Source: an uncultured Candidatus Saccharibacteria bacterium | GTDB taxonomy: Bacteria > Patescibacteriota > Saccharimonadia > Saccharimonadales > UBA4665 | Assembly (NCBI GenBank): GCA_964487875.1 | Contig: CAZASL010000001.1 | Location: 1 to 38,676 of the forward strand | DNA length: 38,676 bases | Reading direction: 5' to 3' | In this document: in pieces, positions 1 through 9,043 of the stretch | Layout: every line of letters starts with the position of its first letter | Position numbering within the stretch: the stretch's first letter is position 1 | The notes under the pieces: generated by a model | The model's input: only the letters and a program-made list of their open reading frames with translations | Told to the model about the DNA's origin: nothing | Databases searched by the model: none | Translations under genes and position numbers: made by a program

Positions 1-785
1 TGCCGATTTATGACAAGCCGATGATTTATTACCCGCTCAGCACGCTGATGCAAGCCGGCATCCGCGACATATTGATCATAACCACACCGGAGGACCAAGC
101 GCAGTTCCAGCGCCTACTAGGCGATGGCAGCGAGCTGGGCATAAACCTGCAATACGCGGCCCAGCCAAAGGCAGAAGGCCTGGCCCAAGCCTTTGTCATC
201 GGCGAACAGTTCATTGGCGGCGATAAAGTCGCGCTAATCCTCGGCGACAACATCTTTTATGGCGAAGACTTCGGCTCCAGCCTCAAAAACTGCGTCGATC
301 CGGATGGCGGCATCGTCTTTGCCTACAAAGTTTCCGACCCGGAGCGCTACGGCGTGGTGGAGTTCGACGGCGACAACAAGGCCGTTTCCATAGAAGAGAA
401 GCCAACCCAACCAAAGTCCAACTACGCTGTCGTCGGCCTGTATTTTTATGATAACGATGTGGTCGAGATTGCCAAAAACATCCAGCCGTCGGGCCGCGGC
501 GAGCTGGAAATTACCTCTGTTAACGAAGAATATTTAAAGCGCGGCAAGCTCAAGGTCGAGACTATGGACCGCGGCTCGGCCTGGCTAGACACCGGCACCT
601 TCGACTCCATGAATGACGCCAGCGAGTATATCCGGGTAATGGAAAAGCGCACAGGCATTAAAATTGGCTGCATAGAGGAAGTCGCCTTCCGCCAAGGTTA
701 CATAAACGCCGAACAACTCCGCAAAATCGCCGAACCGCTCAAAAAATCCGGCTATGGAGACTACCTGCTGTCCGTAGCGGATTAA
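1..785 (+). CDS. rfbA: Glucose-1-phosphate thymidylyltransferase (RmlA/RfbA), 5' end cut by window edge
   Basis: Frame open from nt 3 ([29 protein letters not shown]...). GDNIFYG, YGVVEFD and [10 protein letters not shown] motifs are typical of RmlA. Stop at 783-785. Confidence 0.95.
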   Translation, partial: PIYDKPMIYYPLSTLMQAGIRDILIITTPEDQAQFQRLLGDGSELGINLQYAAQPKAEGLAQAFVIGEQFIGGDKVALILGDNIFYGEDFGSSLKNCVDPDGGIVFAYKVSDPERYGVVEFDGDNKAVSIEEKPTQPKSNYAVVGLYFYDNDVVEIAKNIQPSGRGELEITSVNEEYLKRGKLKVETMDRGSAWLDTGTFDSMNDASEYIRVMEKRTGIKIGCIEEVAFRQGYINAEQLRKIAEPLKKSGYGDYLLSVAD

Positions 786-788
786 CTC

Positions 789-1211
789 ATGTCCGAATTA
801 AGAAAATTGACTTTGTATCTGTACCGGCACCACTTTGTGCGCTATCTGTTGGTAGGTGGCACAACTTTCATCATCGACTTCGGCTTGCTGGTTATTTTGC
901 ATGGGCATTTCAAGCTGAATCTCGGTGCCTCCACGTCCGTAGCTTACTGGGTCTCAATAATTTACAATTTCACCCTGAATCGTTACTGGACGTTCGATTC
1001 CCGCGAAAAAGAGAGTCTGGCCCGCCACATTACAACCTACATGGTGCTGTTGATTTTCAACTACCTCTTCACTGTGACGTTTGTTAGCGTCCTTGGCGCC
1101 CACCACAACTACATTGTCGTTAAGGCTTTGGCTGTCGGCATCCAGATGATCTGGACCTATCCGGTCTACAAAAAATTTATTTTTATATCGTCGAACGAAA
1201 ATAGTCGATAG
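789..1211 (+). CDS. GtrA-family membrane protein (putative polyprenyl-phosphate-sugar flippase)
   Basis: 140 aa with four hydrophobic segments. GtrA-like motifs [18 protein letters not shown] and [11 protein letters not shown]. Starts 4 nt after the rfbA stop; 3' end overlaps the convergent decarboxylase gene by 29 nt. Confidence 0.8.
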   Translation: MSELRKLTLYLYRHHFVRYLLVGGTTFIIDFGLLVILHGHFKLNLGASTSVAYWVSIIYNFTLNRYWTFDSREKESLARHITTYMVLLIFNYLFTVTFVSVLGAHHNYIVVKALAVGIQMIWTYPVYKKFIFISSNENSR

Positions 1212-2118
1212 TTTTGACCAAGCCTTGGTCGAGTTTAACTTTGGGCTGCCACTGCAGTTTCTGCTTGGCCAGCTTGATGTCCGGCCGGCGCTGACGCGGA
1301 TCATCCTGCGGTAGTTTTTTATAAACAATTTTGCTCTTGCTCTCCGGAATCATCTCCAGCACCTTTTCTGCTAACTGTTTAATCGTGAATTCATCGGGAT
1401 TACCGATGTTAACCGGCCCCACGAAACCTGTCTGATTCATCATGCGCACCATGCCCTCCACCAGGTCGTCAATGTACTGGAAGCTGCGGGTCTGCGAGCC
1501 GTCGCCGTAGATAGTGATGTTCTTGTTCTGGAGCGCCTGGACGATAAAATTGGAGACTACCCGGCCGTCCTGCGGATGCATGTTCGGCCCGTAAGTATTA
1601 AAGATGCGGATGACCCGGATATCGGTCTTGTCCTGGCGATGATAGTCGAAAAACAGTGTTTCGGCGCAGCGCTTGCCTTCGTCGTAACAGGAGCGCGGAC
1701 CAACCGGATTGACCCGGCCCCAATAACTTTCCGGCTGCGGGTGCACGTCCGGGTCGCCGTAAACTTCACTGGTCGAGGCCTGCAACACACGGGCTTTTAG
1801 GCGCTTAGCCAGTCCCAGCACGTTGATGGCACCGTGGACGCTGGTTTTAGTGGTCTGCACCGGATCAAATTGGTAGTGGACCGGCGAGGCCGGACAGGCT
1901 AGGTTATAAATCTGGTCCACTTCCACATACAGCGGAACAGTGACATCATGCCGCAGCAGTTCGAAATTCTTATTATCGAGCAGTCCGTGGATGTTTTGGC
2001 GACGACCTGTGAAAAAGTTGTCGACGCACAGCACTTCGTGCCCTTCGTCGAGCAGCCCTTTGCACAAATGCGAGCCGATAAAGCCAGCGCCGCCGGTTAC
2101 CATAATACGTTTAGTCAT
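1183..2118 (-). CDS. UDP-glucuronate decarboxylase (UDP-xylose synthase type extended SDR)
   Basis: 311 aa. [56 protein letters not shown] (YxxxK) are hallmarks of UXS-type decarboxylases. 4-nt overlap with ugd upstream. Confidence 0.9.
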   Translation of the reverse strand: MTKRIMVTGGAGFIGSHLCKGLLDEGHEVLCVDNFFTGRRQNIHGLLDNKNFELLRHDVTVPLYVEVDQIYNLACPASPVHYQFDPVQTTKTSVHGAINVLGLAKRLKARVLQASTSEVYGDPDVHPQPESYWGRVNPVGPRSCYDEGKRCAETLFFDYHRQDKTDIRVIRIFNTYGPNMHPQDGRVVSNFIVQALQNKNITIYGDGSQTRSFQYIDDLVEGMVRMMNQTGFVGPVNIGNPDEFTIKQLAEKVLEMIPESKSKIVYKKLPQDDPRQRRPDIKLAKQKLQWQPKVKLDQGLVKTIDYFRSTI

Positions 2119-3440
2119 TTTTCCTCCTTTATAGCGCGGCGGCCGATGCTTTCGTAGTGGAAGCCGTGCTTTTGCATATCTTTCGGCTCGTACAAGTTAC
2201 GGCCGTCAAAAATTACCGGTTGCTTGAGCTCCTTTTTGATCCGATTAAAGTCCGGCGCCCGAAAGGCCGACCACTCGGTAGCTATCAGCAACGCGTCGGC
2301 ACCAGTTAGGGCCGCGAGCTCGTGCTCAACCAGTGTCAGCCCAGCTTTACGTCCGTGTGTTTTCTGGACGTTGTCGTGAGCCTGCGGATCGAAAGCCGTC
2401 ACGTTAGCGCCAGCAGCCAGCAAGTCATCTATCAAGTACAGCGCTGGCGCCTCACGGATATCGTCAGTGTCCGGCTTAAAGGCCAGTCCCCACAACGCGA
2501 AATGTTTGCCTTTAAGTTTGCCGTCATAATGATTCTTAATTCGCTCAAATAACAGATGTTTTTGGCGCTCGTTAACATCGGTCACGGATTGTAAGATTTT
2601 AAAGTCATAATCGTGGTCGGCGGCGGTTCTTTGCAGAGCTCGGATGTCTTTAGGGAAGCAGCTGCCGCCATAACCGATGCCGGGGAACAAAAAGCGCTTG
2701 CCAATGCGCTCGTCGGCACCAATGCCCAGCCGCACGGCGTCGACGTCGGCGCCAGTCAAGTTACAAAGGTTGGCGATTTCATTCATGAAACTGATTTTGG
2801 TGGCTAGAAAGGCGTTGGCGGCGTATTTGGTCATTTCGGCCGAGCGTTCGTCCATGAGAAATATAGGATTGCCCTGTCGCACCAGCGGCGCGTACAACTC
2901 GCCCAGGGCCTTGCGGGCTTTGTCCGAGCTCGTGCCAATAACTACGCGGTCGGGCTTCATAAAGTCTTCCACGGCAAAGCCTTCGCGCAGAAATTCCGGA
3001 TTGGAGGCCACGTCAAACTCTGTTTTGGCGGTTTCGCCAATGGCTGCCCTAACTTTTTCGGCTGTACCGACTGGCACGGTACTTTTATCGATAACCACTG
3101 TGTAGCTATTCAACAGAGGTCCCAGGTCTTTGGCGACACCCAAAATATATGATAAATCGGCCGAGCCATCATCATTCGGCGGTGTTGGCAGGGCCAGGAA
3201 AATAACGTCAGCGTCTTTGACAGCCGCAGCCAGGTCGGTGGTAAACGACAACCGTTCTTCATCGACATTACGCCGAAAAATCTCTTCCAAGCCCGGTTCG
3301 TAAATCGGCACTTCGCCACGTTGCATACTAGCAATTTTGGCCTCGTCTATGTCAACGCAAACCACAGTATTGCCGGTTTCGGCAAAGCACGTGCCAGTCA
3401 CCAGCCCCACATAGCCCGTTCCTACTACAGCTATCTTCAT
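2115..3440 (-). CDS. ugd: UDP-glucose 6-dehydrogenase
   Basis: 441 aa. [16 protein letters not shown] Rossmann start, [16 protein letters not shown] catalytic-Cys motif, [14 protein letters not shown]. Confidence 0.94.
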   Translation of the reverse strand: MKIAVVGTGYVGLVTGTCFAETGNTVVCVDIDEAKIASMQRGEVPIYEPGLEEIFRRNVDEERLSFTTDLAAAVKDADVIFLALPTPPNDDGSADLSYILGVAKDLGPLLNSYTVVIDKSTVPVGTAEKVRAAIGETAKTEFDVASNPEFLREGFAVEDFMKPDRVVIGTSSDKARKALGELYAPLVRQGNPIFLMDERSAEMTKYAANAFLATKISFMNEIANLCNLTGADVDAVRLGIGADERIGKRFLFPGIGYGGSCFPKDIRALQRTAADHDYDFKILQSVTDVNERQKHLLFERIKNHYDGKLKGKHFALWGLAFKPDTDDIREAPALYLIDDLLAAGANVTAFDPQAHDNVQKTHGRKAGLTLVEHELAALTGADALLIATEWSAFRAPDFNRIKKELKQPVIFDGRNLYEPKDMQKHGFHYESIGRRAIKEEK

Positions 3441-3470
3441 TACCGCCTATTTTAACATCTGCGCTATATA

Positions 3471-3499
3471 TTGACCGCTTTTGAGCCTTGATTTACAAT
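3471..3499 (+). promoter_or_regulatory. Orphan sigma70-like promoter (TTGACC-17 nt-TACAAT) with no ORF downstream
   Basis: TTGACC at 3471-3476, 17-nt spacer, TACAAT at 3494-3499. It points into the hairpin terminator at 3526-3565. Its first 9 nt (TTGACCGCT) recur at 4944-4952. Confidence 0.35.
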
Positions 3500-3525
3500 A
3501 TAACTGGAAGTTATTTCGCAACTAT

Positions 3526-3565
3526 AAATAAACCCCAACCTTTCGGACGGGGTTTATTTATTTGG
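3526..3565. terminator. Rho-independent, bidirectional-looking terminator
   Basis: Perfect 11-bp stem AAATAAACCCC (3526-3536) / GGGGTTTATTT (3549-3559) with a 12-nt loop. T/A-rich runs on both sides. Lies 3' of the minus-strand protease gene. Confidence 0.8.
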
Positions 3566-3603
3566 TGTCGAGAAGCTGGCGGATATGAGAAGCTTTCGGC
3601 CAC

Positions 3604-4596
3604 TCAACGTAGAAAAACTTGCTGTTGGCCAGGAGGTACAACACCTGGTGGATTCTGGAATGGCAGCATAGGTTGTACGTTGAACTGCCTAATTAGTGCA
3701 CGGTCTTCCGAGCTTTCAAAGATCTTAATGGCCATGGTGCTGTCGAGCGTCATGCTAATAGACAAATGCACTTTTCGCAGTGCAGTCTGTAACCCGTTTG
3801 GCTGATCCTCAACTTTTTCAATCACTACGCCTAGCTTCGCAAGACGATCTGCATTAACTCTTCGTGCATGTGACAACGTGTTTTTTTCATCTGCCAAAAA
3901 CCGTGCAATTTTCTCAGCTTTCTTGTCTTTATCGGTATCTCCTTTAAGCATGTATCTTTTTAACCAATCACTAACCAAATCTCTCGCTAGCTGTGTAAAG
4001 TTATCGCACTGGGTAAGTAGTGCTGGTGTGTACTTTTCTAGTATTGGTAACCATACAGGTAATCGCTCGGGGTTCTCTGAGATCTCTTCAGCAGCTTTGT
4101 CAAACTCTTCCTTCAGCGAACCGGCAGGCACAAACATGTTGCCGAGCGCAATTTGTGGATCTATTGGACCAAGCTCACCGGCAACATCCATAAGCACAGA
4201 ATTCCCAGACATAACGAGCATTGTTGCGGCACTTTTTGCCGTTCCGGTAATAATAAAACGAACGTCAGTGAATTGAGCACGAAGCATCTCCACAATTGAT
4301 TCAGTTGCTTCAGCAGAACCGCCCGGGCTATGAATAATCACGTCTGCCTTCTTTGCGCTGAGATTGTTCAGAATTTCTCGGAAGCCATCCTTATCGCTAA
4401 GGTCTATGCTCATTAACTGTGCGGCCATGCCAGCTTTCAGTGGGTTCTGAAAAGCCGTAGCATACACCAATAATGGCCTCTTGGTTATCGTAACAAAATC
4501 TGCATATGCCTGGCGCCTTACTACGTCTAGCCCACGGTCTCCGTGTTCAGCCGTTGCTGCATTTACTTCTTCTTGCAGATCTTGCCATGTAATCAT
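3604..4596 (-). CDS. SDH-family (serine dehydrogenase proteinase type) Clp-fold serine protease
   Basis: 330 aa. IIHSPGG, GTAKSAATMLVMSG and LGPIDPQ match the HTPGG / A.S..T / LGPvDPQ pattern of this Clp/crotonase-fold family. No signal peptide or TM visible. ATGA overlap with the upstream 64-aa ORF. Confidence 0.7.
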   Translation of the reverse strand: MITWQDLQEEVNAATAEHGDRGLDVVRRQAYADFVTITKRPLLVYATAFQNPLKAGMAAQLMSIDLSDKDGFREILNNLSAKKADVIIHSPGGSAEATESIVEMLRAQFTDVRFIITGTAKSAATMLVMSGNSVLMDVAGELGPIDPQIALGNMFVPAGSLKEEFDKAAEEISENPERLPVWLPILEKYTPALLTQCDNFTQLARDLVSDWLKRYMLKGDTDKDKKAEKIARFLADEKNTLSHARRVNADRLAKLGVVIEKVEDQPNGLQTALRKVHLSISMTLDSTMAIKIFESSEDRALIRQFNVQPMLPFQNPPGVVPPGQQQVFLR

Positions 4597-4787
4597 CGCG
4601 TCGTAAAAAATCCGTTAGGTGAAGTTGAGGTTGTTGTCTTGTAATACCGTGTTGCTTGCGCACGATTTTTGGCTTCGGTGTTAGCGTTATATAGTTTTAT
4701 TGCATCGTCTACTTTAGGATGCTGCTTCTTGAATTGCTTAATTGATTGTTGGAGTTGTTGGAGTTCTGTGATGCGTTTGTTGGACAT
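4593..4787 (-). CDS. Small hypothetical protein (64 aa), translationally coupled to the protease
   Basis: ATG at 4787. Helical-looking K/Q-rich N-terminal half (ITELQQLQQSIKQFKKQ). Stop overlaps the protease start (ATGA). TATAAT 7 nt upstream of the ATG and no SD. No recognisable family. Confidence 0.5.
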   Translation of the reverse strand: MSNKRITELQQLQQSIKQFKKQHPKVDDAIKLYNANTEAKNRAQATRYYKTTTSTSPNGFFTTR

Positions 4788-4943
4788 ATTAATAATTATA
4801 GCCGTATTATTTAATCAAGAAGGCACCTTACTTTAATCAGCAGCGTTAATCTTGAGTAAAGACTTTAACATATTATGCTGAAAACTGGTACCTGACAAGC
4901 TTATTTAATGAAATTTTAATTACTTTATTGTGACTTGGCCAGA

Positions 4944-4972
4944 TTGACCGCTAGAGGAGTTGTCTTTATACT
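4944..4972 (+). promoter_or_regulatory. Sigma70-like promoter for the SDR-SDR-GT2 operon
   Basis: TTGACC (4944-4949), 17-nt spacer, TATACT (4967-4972). GGGAG SD at 4991-4995, ATG at 5000. Confidence 0.55.
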
Positions 4973-4999
4973 TGTCAGAGAATATCAATCGGGAGTTAG

Positions 5000-6049
5000 A
5001 TGAAAACAGCGCTCGTTACGGGATCGGGGGGCTTGATCGGTTCGGAAGCCGCCAAGTTTTTCGCGGAAAAAGGTTTTAAAATAGTCGGCGTTGACAATGA
5101 CATGCGCAGTTACTTCTTTGGCAAAGACGCCAGCACTGATTGGAACAGAGAAAAAGTCGAGAAACAGCTTAAAGACCAGTACGTACATTACAAAGCCGAC
5201 ATCCGCGACAACAACGCCATAGAAAAGATCTTCAAAAAGCACAAGTTCGACATTATTATCCATACTGCTGCCCAACCGTCACACGACTGGGCCGCCAAAG
5301 AACCCTTCACCGATTTCACGGTCAACGCCAACGGCACGCTGGTAATGCTGGAGAATATGCGCAAGCATTGTCCAAAAGCCGTGTTTATTTTTACCTCGAC
5401 TAACAAAGTTTACGGCGATACGCCCAACCGCCTGCCGCTGGTTGAGCTGGAAAAACGCTGGGAGCTGCCCAAAGACCACAAGTTCTACAAAGGCATCGAC
5501 GAGTCGATGAGCATTGACGACACCAAACACTCCATTTTTGGCGCTTCTAAGGTCGCGGCCGACGTTATGGTGCAGGAATACGGCAAATATTTTGGCTTTA
5601 AAACAGCCGTTTTCCGTGGTGGCTGCCTGACCGGCCCGTCGCACTCCGGCGCCGAGCTGCACGGCTTCTTGGCCTACCTGATAAAGTGTATTTACAGCGG
5701 TAAAAAGTACACGATTTTCGGCTATAAGGGCAAGCAAGTCCGCGACAACATCCACTCACACGACCTGGTCAACGCTTTTTACCACTTTTACCAAAAGCCA
5801 CGCTCCGGCGAAGTCTACAACATGGGCGGCGCCCGCAATTCCAACATTTCCATGCTGGAAGCCATCGACGCCATCGAAAAACTGCTCGGCAAAAAGGCCA
5901 ATTACGAACTGTCTAAAGAAAACCGGATTGGCGACCACATTTGGTACATTTCCGATGTTGGCAAGTTCAAAAAACACTATCCAAAGTGGGATTTCACCTA
6001 CGACATTGACGATATCCTGAAAGAAATGTGCGCGGCGGTCCAAAAATAG
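5000..6049 (+). CDS. NAD-dependent epimerase/dehydratase, CDP-paratose/tyvelose 2-epimerase-like extended SDR (Phe at catalytic-Tyr position)
   Basis: 349 aa. [43 protein letters not shown] resemble RfbE-type epimerases. The aligned YxxxK reads F180-G-A-S-K184 (TTT at 5537-5539). Confidence 0.8.
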   Translation: MKTALVTGSGGLIGSEAAKFFAEKGFKIVGVDNDMRSYFFGKDASTDWNREKVEKQLKDQYVHYKADIRDNNAIEKIFKKHKFDIIIHTAAQPSHDWAAKEPFTDFTVNANGTLVMLENMRKHCPKAVFIFTSTNKVYGDTPNRLPLVELEKRWELPKDHKFYKGIDESMSIDDTKHSIFGASKVAADVMVQEYGKYFGFKTAVFRGGCLTGPSHSGAELHGFLAYLIKCIYSGKKYTIFGYKGKQVRDNIHSHDLVNAFYHFYQKPRSGEVYNMGGARNSNISMLEAIDAIEKLLGKKANYELSKENRIGDHIWYISDVGKFKKHYPKWDFTYDIDDILKEMCAAVQK

Positions 6050-6051
6050 CC

Positions 6052-7119
6052 ATGGATTACAAAAATATCCTTATTACTGGCGGCGCGGGCTTCGTAGGCT
6101 CCAACTTGGCGCTGAAACTGAAGAAAGATTATCCGAAAACCAGCATAACCGTGCTCGATAACCTCAAACGCCGCGGCTCGGAGCTATCGCTCAAAAGACT
6201 GAAGGCTGCCGACATTGAATTCGTACATGGCGACATTCGCAACCGCGAAGACCTGGTCTTCGAAACAGTTGACTTGCTGTTGGAATGCTCTGCCGAGCCG
6301 TCAGTATTAGCAGGCATTGGTTCTTCACCGGATTACTTGATGAATACCAACTTGGTCGGCACGCTGAATTGCCTGGAAGTAGCCCGCGAGCATAAGGCCG
6401 ACAGTCTATTCTTATCAACCAGCCGCGTCTATCCCATCAGCTACATCAACGACCTAAAATTCAAAGAAGCTGAGACGCGTTTCGACATTTTAGATAACCA
6501 AACCACGCCTGGGGCCTCCAGCAAAGGCATTGCTGAGAATTTTCCATTAGACAAAGCTCGCTCGCTATACGGCACCACTAAGCTGGCTTCAGAAATGGTT
6601 GTCGCCGAATACATAGACACTTACGGCATGAAAGCTATCGTCAATCGTTGCGGCGTCATTACGGGTCCGTGGCAGATGGGCAAAATCGACCAAGGCGTGT
6701 TTGTGCTGTGGGTGGCCAAGCACTACTTTAAGCAGCCGCTTAGCTACATTGGCTACGGCGGCGAAGGCAAGCAAGTTCGCGACTTCATTCACATCGACGA
6801 TCTTTATGGGGCTATAAGGATGCAGCTTAATAACTTTGATGCTTACAACGCCGGCACTTATAACATCGGTGGCGGACTGGCAAACAGTGTGTCGCTGCAG
6901 GAACTGACTGCCCTTTGCCAAAAAGTCACCGGCAATAAGGTCGATATAAAATCGGTCAAAGAAGACCGGCCAGCCGATCTGCGATTTTTCATTACTGACA
7001 GCACGAAATTCTTCGAGAAGTCCAATCTAAACTGGCAGAAAGATGCCGAAGTTACTGTGCGCGATATTTACGAGTGGATCCGCGACAACGAAGAAGACCT
7101 GAGGCCAATACTGGCATGA
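6052..7119 (+). CDS. NAD-dependent epimerase/dehydratase, second tyvelose-epimerase-like extended SDR
   Basis: ATG at 6052 (MDYKNILITGGAGFVGSNL) is preferred to the upstream start at 6028, which overlaps the previous gene. STSRVY, intact Y173-G-T-T-K177 (TAC at 6568-6570), GEGKQVRDFIHIDD. Confidence 0.82.
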   Translation: MDYKNILITGGAGFVGSNLALKLKKDYPKTSITVLDNLKRRGSELSLKRLKAADIEFVHGDIRNREDLVFETVDLLLECSAEPSVLAGIGSSPDYLMNTNLVGTLNCLEVAREHKADSLFLSTSRVYPISYINDLKFKEAETRFDILDNQTTPGASSKGIAENFPLDKARSLYGTTKLASEMVVAEYIDTYGMKAIVNRCGVITGPWQMGKIDQGVFVLWVAKHYFKQPLSYIGYGGEGKQVRDFIHIDDLYGAIRMQLNNFDAYNAGTYNIGGGLANSVSLQELTALCQKVTGNKVDIKSVKEDRPADLRFFITDSTKFFEKSNLNWQKDAEVTVRDIYEWIRDNEEDLRPILA

Positions 7120-7862
7120 AACTCTCCGTCGTCATCCCTGCCCATAACGAAGAAGGCTCGATTAGTGAAACCGTGCTAGCTTTTCACGAGCAGCTGAAGC
7201 TGGAGAAAATTAATCACGAAATCCTAGTGGTCAACGACAACAGTAGTGATGAAACGGAAAATATCCTCAAAGACCTTAACAAGAGAATTGACGAAGTCCG
7301 CTACATCAATAACAAGCCGCCCAACGGCTTCGGCTGGGCAGTCCGCGCCGGCCTGGAAAACTTTAAGGGCGACTGCGTGGCTGTAGTCATGGCTGACCTC
7401 TCTGACCGTCCAGTCGACCTAGTAGCCTACTTCCGCCAGTTCGAGACCGGCAAGTACGACGCGGTCTTTGGCTCGCGCTTTATAAAAGGCGGCAAGACCA
7501 TAGATTACCCGCGCACCAAGCTGATCCTGAACCGTTACACTAACGGCGTTATCCGCATACTCTTCGGCATTCGCTACAACGATGTCACTAACGCCTTCAA
7601 ATTGTACAAACGAGAGACCGTTGAGGGCGTTAAGCCCTTCCTCAGCCAGCACTTTAACCTGACGGTTGAGTTGCCGCTAAAAACGATTGTGCGAGGCTAC
7701 CACTACACGGTAGTGCCTAACCATTGGACCAACCGCACCACCGGCGAATCCAAACTCAAACTCAAAGAAATGGGTAGCCGCTACTTTTTCATCATTTTGT
7801 ATTGTTTGTTGGAGAAGTGGCTGTCGCGTGGGGATTATGCTAAAAAAGACACCTCTAATTAA
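7116..7862 (+). CDS. GT2 glycosyltransferase, DPM1/Ppm1-like polyprenyl-phosphate glycosyltransferase
   Basis: ATG at 7116 overlaps the previous stop (ATGA). LSVVIPAHNEE, VVNDNSSDET, VVMADLSDRP, FGSRF motifs. Hydrophobic/amphipathic C-terminal tail. Confidence 0.85.
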   Translation: MKLSVVIPAHNEEGSISETVLAFHEQLKLEKINHEILVVNDNSSDETENILKDLNKRIDEVRYINNKPPNGFGWAVRAGLENFKGDCVAVVMADLSDRPVDLVAYFRQFETGKYDAVFGSRFIKGGKTIDYPRTKLILNRYTNGVIRILFGIRYNDVTNAFKLYKRETVEGVKPFLSQHFNLTVELPLKTIVRGYHYTVVPNHWTNRTTGESKLKLKEMGSRYFFIILYCLLEKWLSRGDYAKKDTSN

Positions 7863-8316
7863 TTACATCTGAAGAATCTTTTGGTTTATGGTGAGTTCTG
7901 AAGACAAATCTTTTATATAAAGTATAGTTCCAGACCAATCCAGCCATTGACCCAATTACTAATGCCAGCCCATAGTAAAAGTGTGCATAATGTACCAGAA
8001 CTACGACAATAGTGCTGTTAATCGCAAGCCCGGCAAAAGCACTAGCATGGAACTTTACAATTTTATTACGGATTGGAATGTGATGATGGCCAATAAAAGC
8101 CCAGAAGTTGTTTCCGGCGAACGTAGCTAACAAAGCAGTTTCGGCTCCAATAATTTGCGATACAAGAATCGGTGCCCCTAGAAAGTCGTAGATTAAAGCT
8201 AACATCCCGTAGTTAACCAAAAACCCAATGCCTCCCACGACAAGAAAACGTATCTTATCGTAACCAATCAGTTTATAATAGCTGGTAACTAATGCTGGAT
8301 GAGGTTTAATGGACAT
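7855..8316 (-). CDS. GtrA-family membrane protein (second copy)
   Basis: 153 aa. RFLVVGGIGFLVNYGML and WNYTLYKRFVF GtrA-like motifs, four hydrophobic segments. 8-nt overlaps with the flanking GT2 genes at both ends. Confidence 0.8.
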   Translation of the reverse strand: MSIKPHPALVTSYYKLIGYDKIRFLVVGGIGFLVNYGMLALIYDFLGAPILVSQIIGAETALLATFAGNNFWAFIGHHHIPIRNKIVKFHASAFAGLAINSTIVVVLVHYAHFYYGLALVIGSMAGLVWNYTLYKRFVFRTHHKPKDSSDVIN

Positions 8317-9043
8317 AAGAAAAGTCGCGAAACTGTCGGTAATTATACCATGCTACAACGAAGCTAGAACCTTAAGGTTAATAGTTGATGAGGTTTTGGA
8401 AGCTGATATTGGCCAGACTAAAAAAGAGGTCATAGTAATCGATGACAAATCGACTGACAATAGTCGTGAAGTCATCAAGGAGCTCGAGAAAGAGCACCCT
8501 GAAATCATAGGGATTTTCCAAACCAAGAATCGCGGCAAAGGCGCCGCTCTTCAACAGGGCTTTTTAAAATCATCTGGTGATATTGTCATCGTGCAGGACG
8601 CGGACCGCGAGTATGACCCGCGCGATTATGACAAGATGCTGGAAATCTTTCGCGAGGACCGGGCAGACATAGTCTTTGGTTCACGTTTTTCCGGCGGTGC
8701 GCCGCGGCGGGTAGTCTATCTGGCAAATACTATCGCTAACAAGATGATGACACGCTTGTCTGCTCTGCTCAGCGGTCTATTCGTGAGCGATATTCATACC
8801 TGTTACATTATGTTCGATGGCGATTGGATTCGTGCCAAAGCTCCGCGGCTGAAGTCCAGACAATTTGGCTTTAATCCAGAAATTGTCGCTAAGATTGCCA
8901 AAGATAAAAACAATCTACGAATTTGCGAAACTAACATATCTTACTATGGCCGCACTAAAAGCGAGGGCAAGAAGATTGGCGCCAAAGACGGCGTTAAGGC
9001 CGTCTGCGAAATCTTTTACTACAATCTCTTCAGTCGTGGTTAG
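8309..9043 (+). CDS. GT2 glycosyltransferase, polyprenyl-phosphate glycosyltransferase-like (CsbB/GtrB/Alg5-like catalytic domain)
   Basis: 244 aa. LSVIIPCYNE, VIVIDDKSTDNS, IVQDADREYDP, FGSRF. Confidence 0.85.
   Translation: MDIRKVAKLSVIIPCYNEARTLRLIVDEVLEADIGQTKKEVIVIDDKSTDNSREVIKELEKEHPEIIGIFQTKNRGKGAALQQGFLKSSGDIVIVQDADREYDPRDYDKMLEIFREDRADIVFGSRFSGGAPRRVVYLANTIANKMMTRLSALLSGLFVSDIHTCYIMFDGDWIRAKAPRLKSRQFGFNPEIVAKIAKDKNNLRICETNISYYGRTKSEGKKIGAKDGVKAVCEIFYYNLFSRG

Noticed and set aside
3570-3594. 8-bp direct repeat GAGAAGCT x2 (3570-3577, 3587-3594) between the protease stop and the terminator, as a protein-binding site
   Set aside because: A single short pair with no palindromic symmetry and no further copies in the window. 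It is compatible with chance.
3488-3805. 105-aa plus-strand ORF across the ugd-protease spacer
   Set aside because: It runs straight through the 11-bp-stem terminator hairpin and then antisense to the protease 3' end. It has no SD and no recognisable motifs.
3604-4787. Classifying the 64-aa ORF + protease as a toxin-antitoxin pair or a known defence system
   Set aside because: No similarity to any TA or defence family that I can recognise. Gene order and coupling alone are insufficient, so it is kept only as an open hypothesis in the findings.
6028-6051. Longer ORF-track starts (6028, 7074, 11388, 21605, 23652, 27920, 29621)
   Set aside because: Several are non-ATG codons on direct reading (11388 and 27920 GTG; 21605, 23652 and 29621 TTG), and they overlap upstream genes or lack an SD. 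Downstream ATGs (6052, 7116, 11415, 21578, 23595, 27965, 29636) give canonical N-termini, SD spacing or ATGA coupling.
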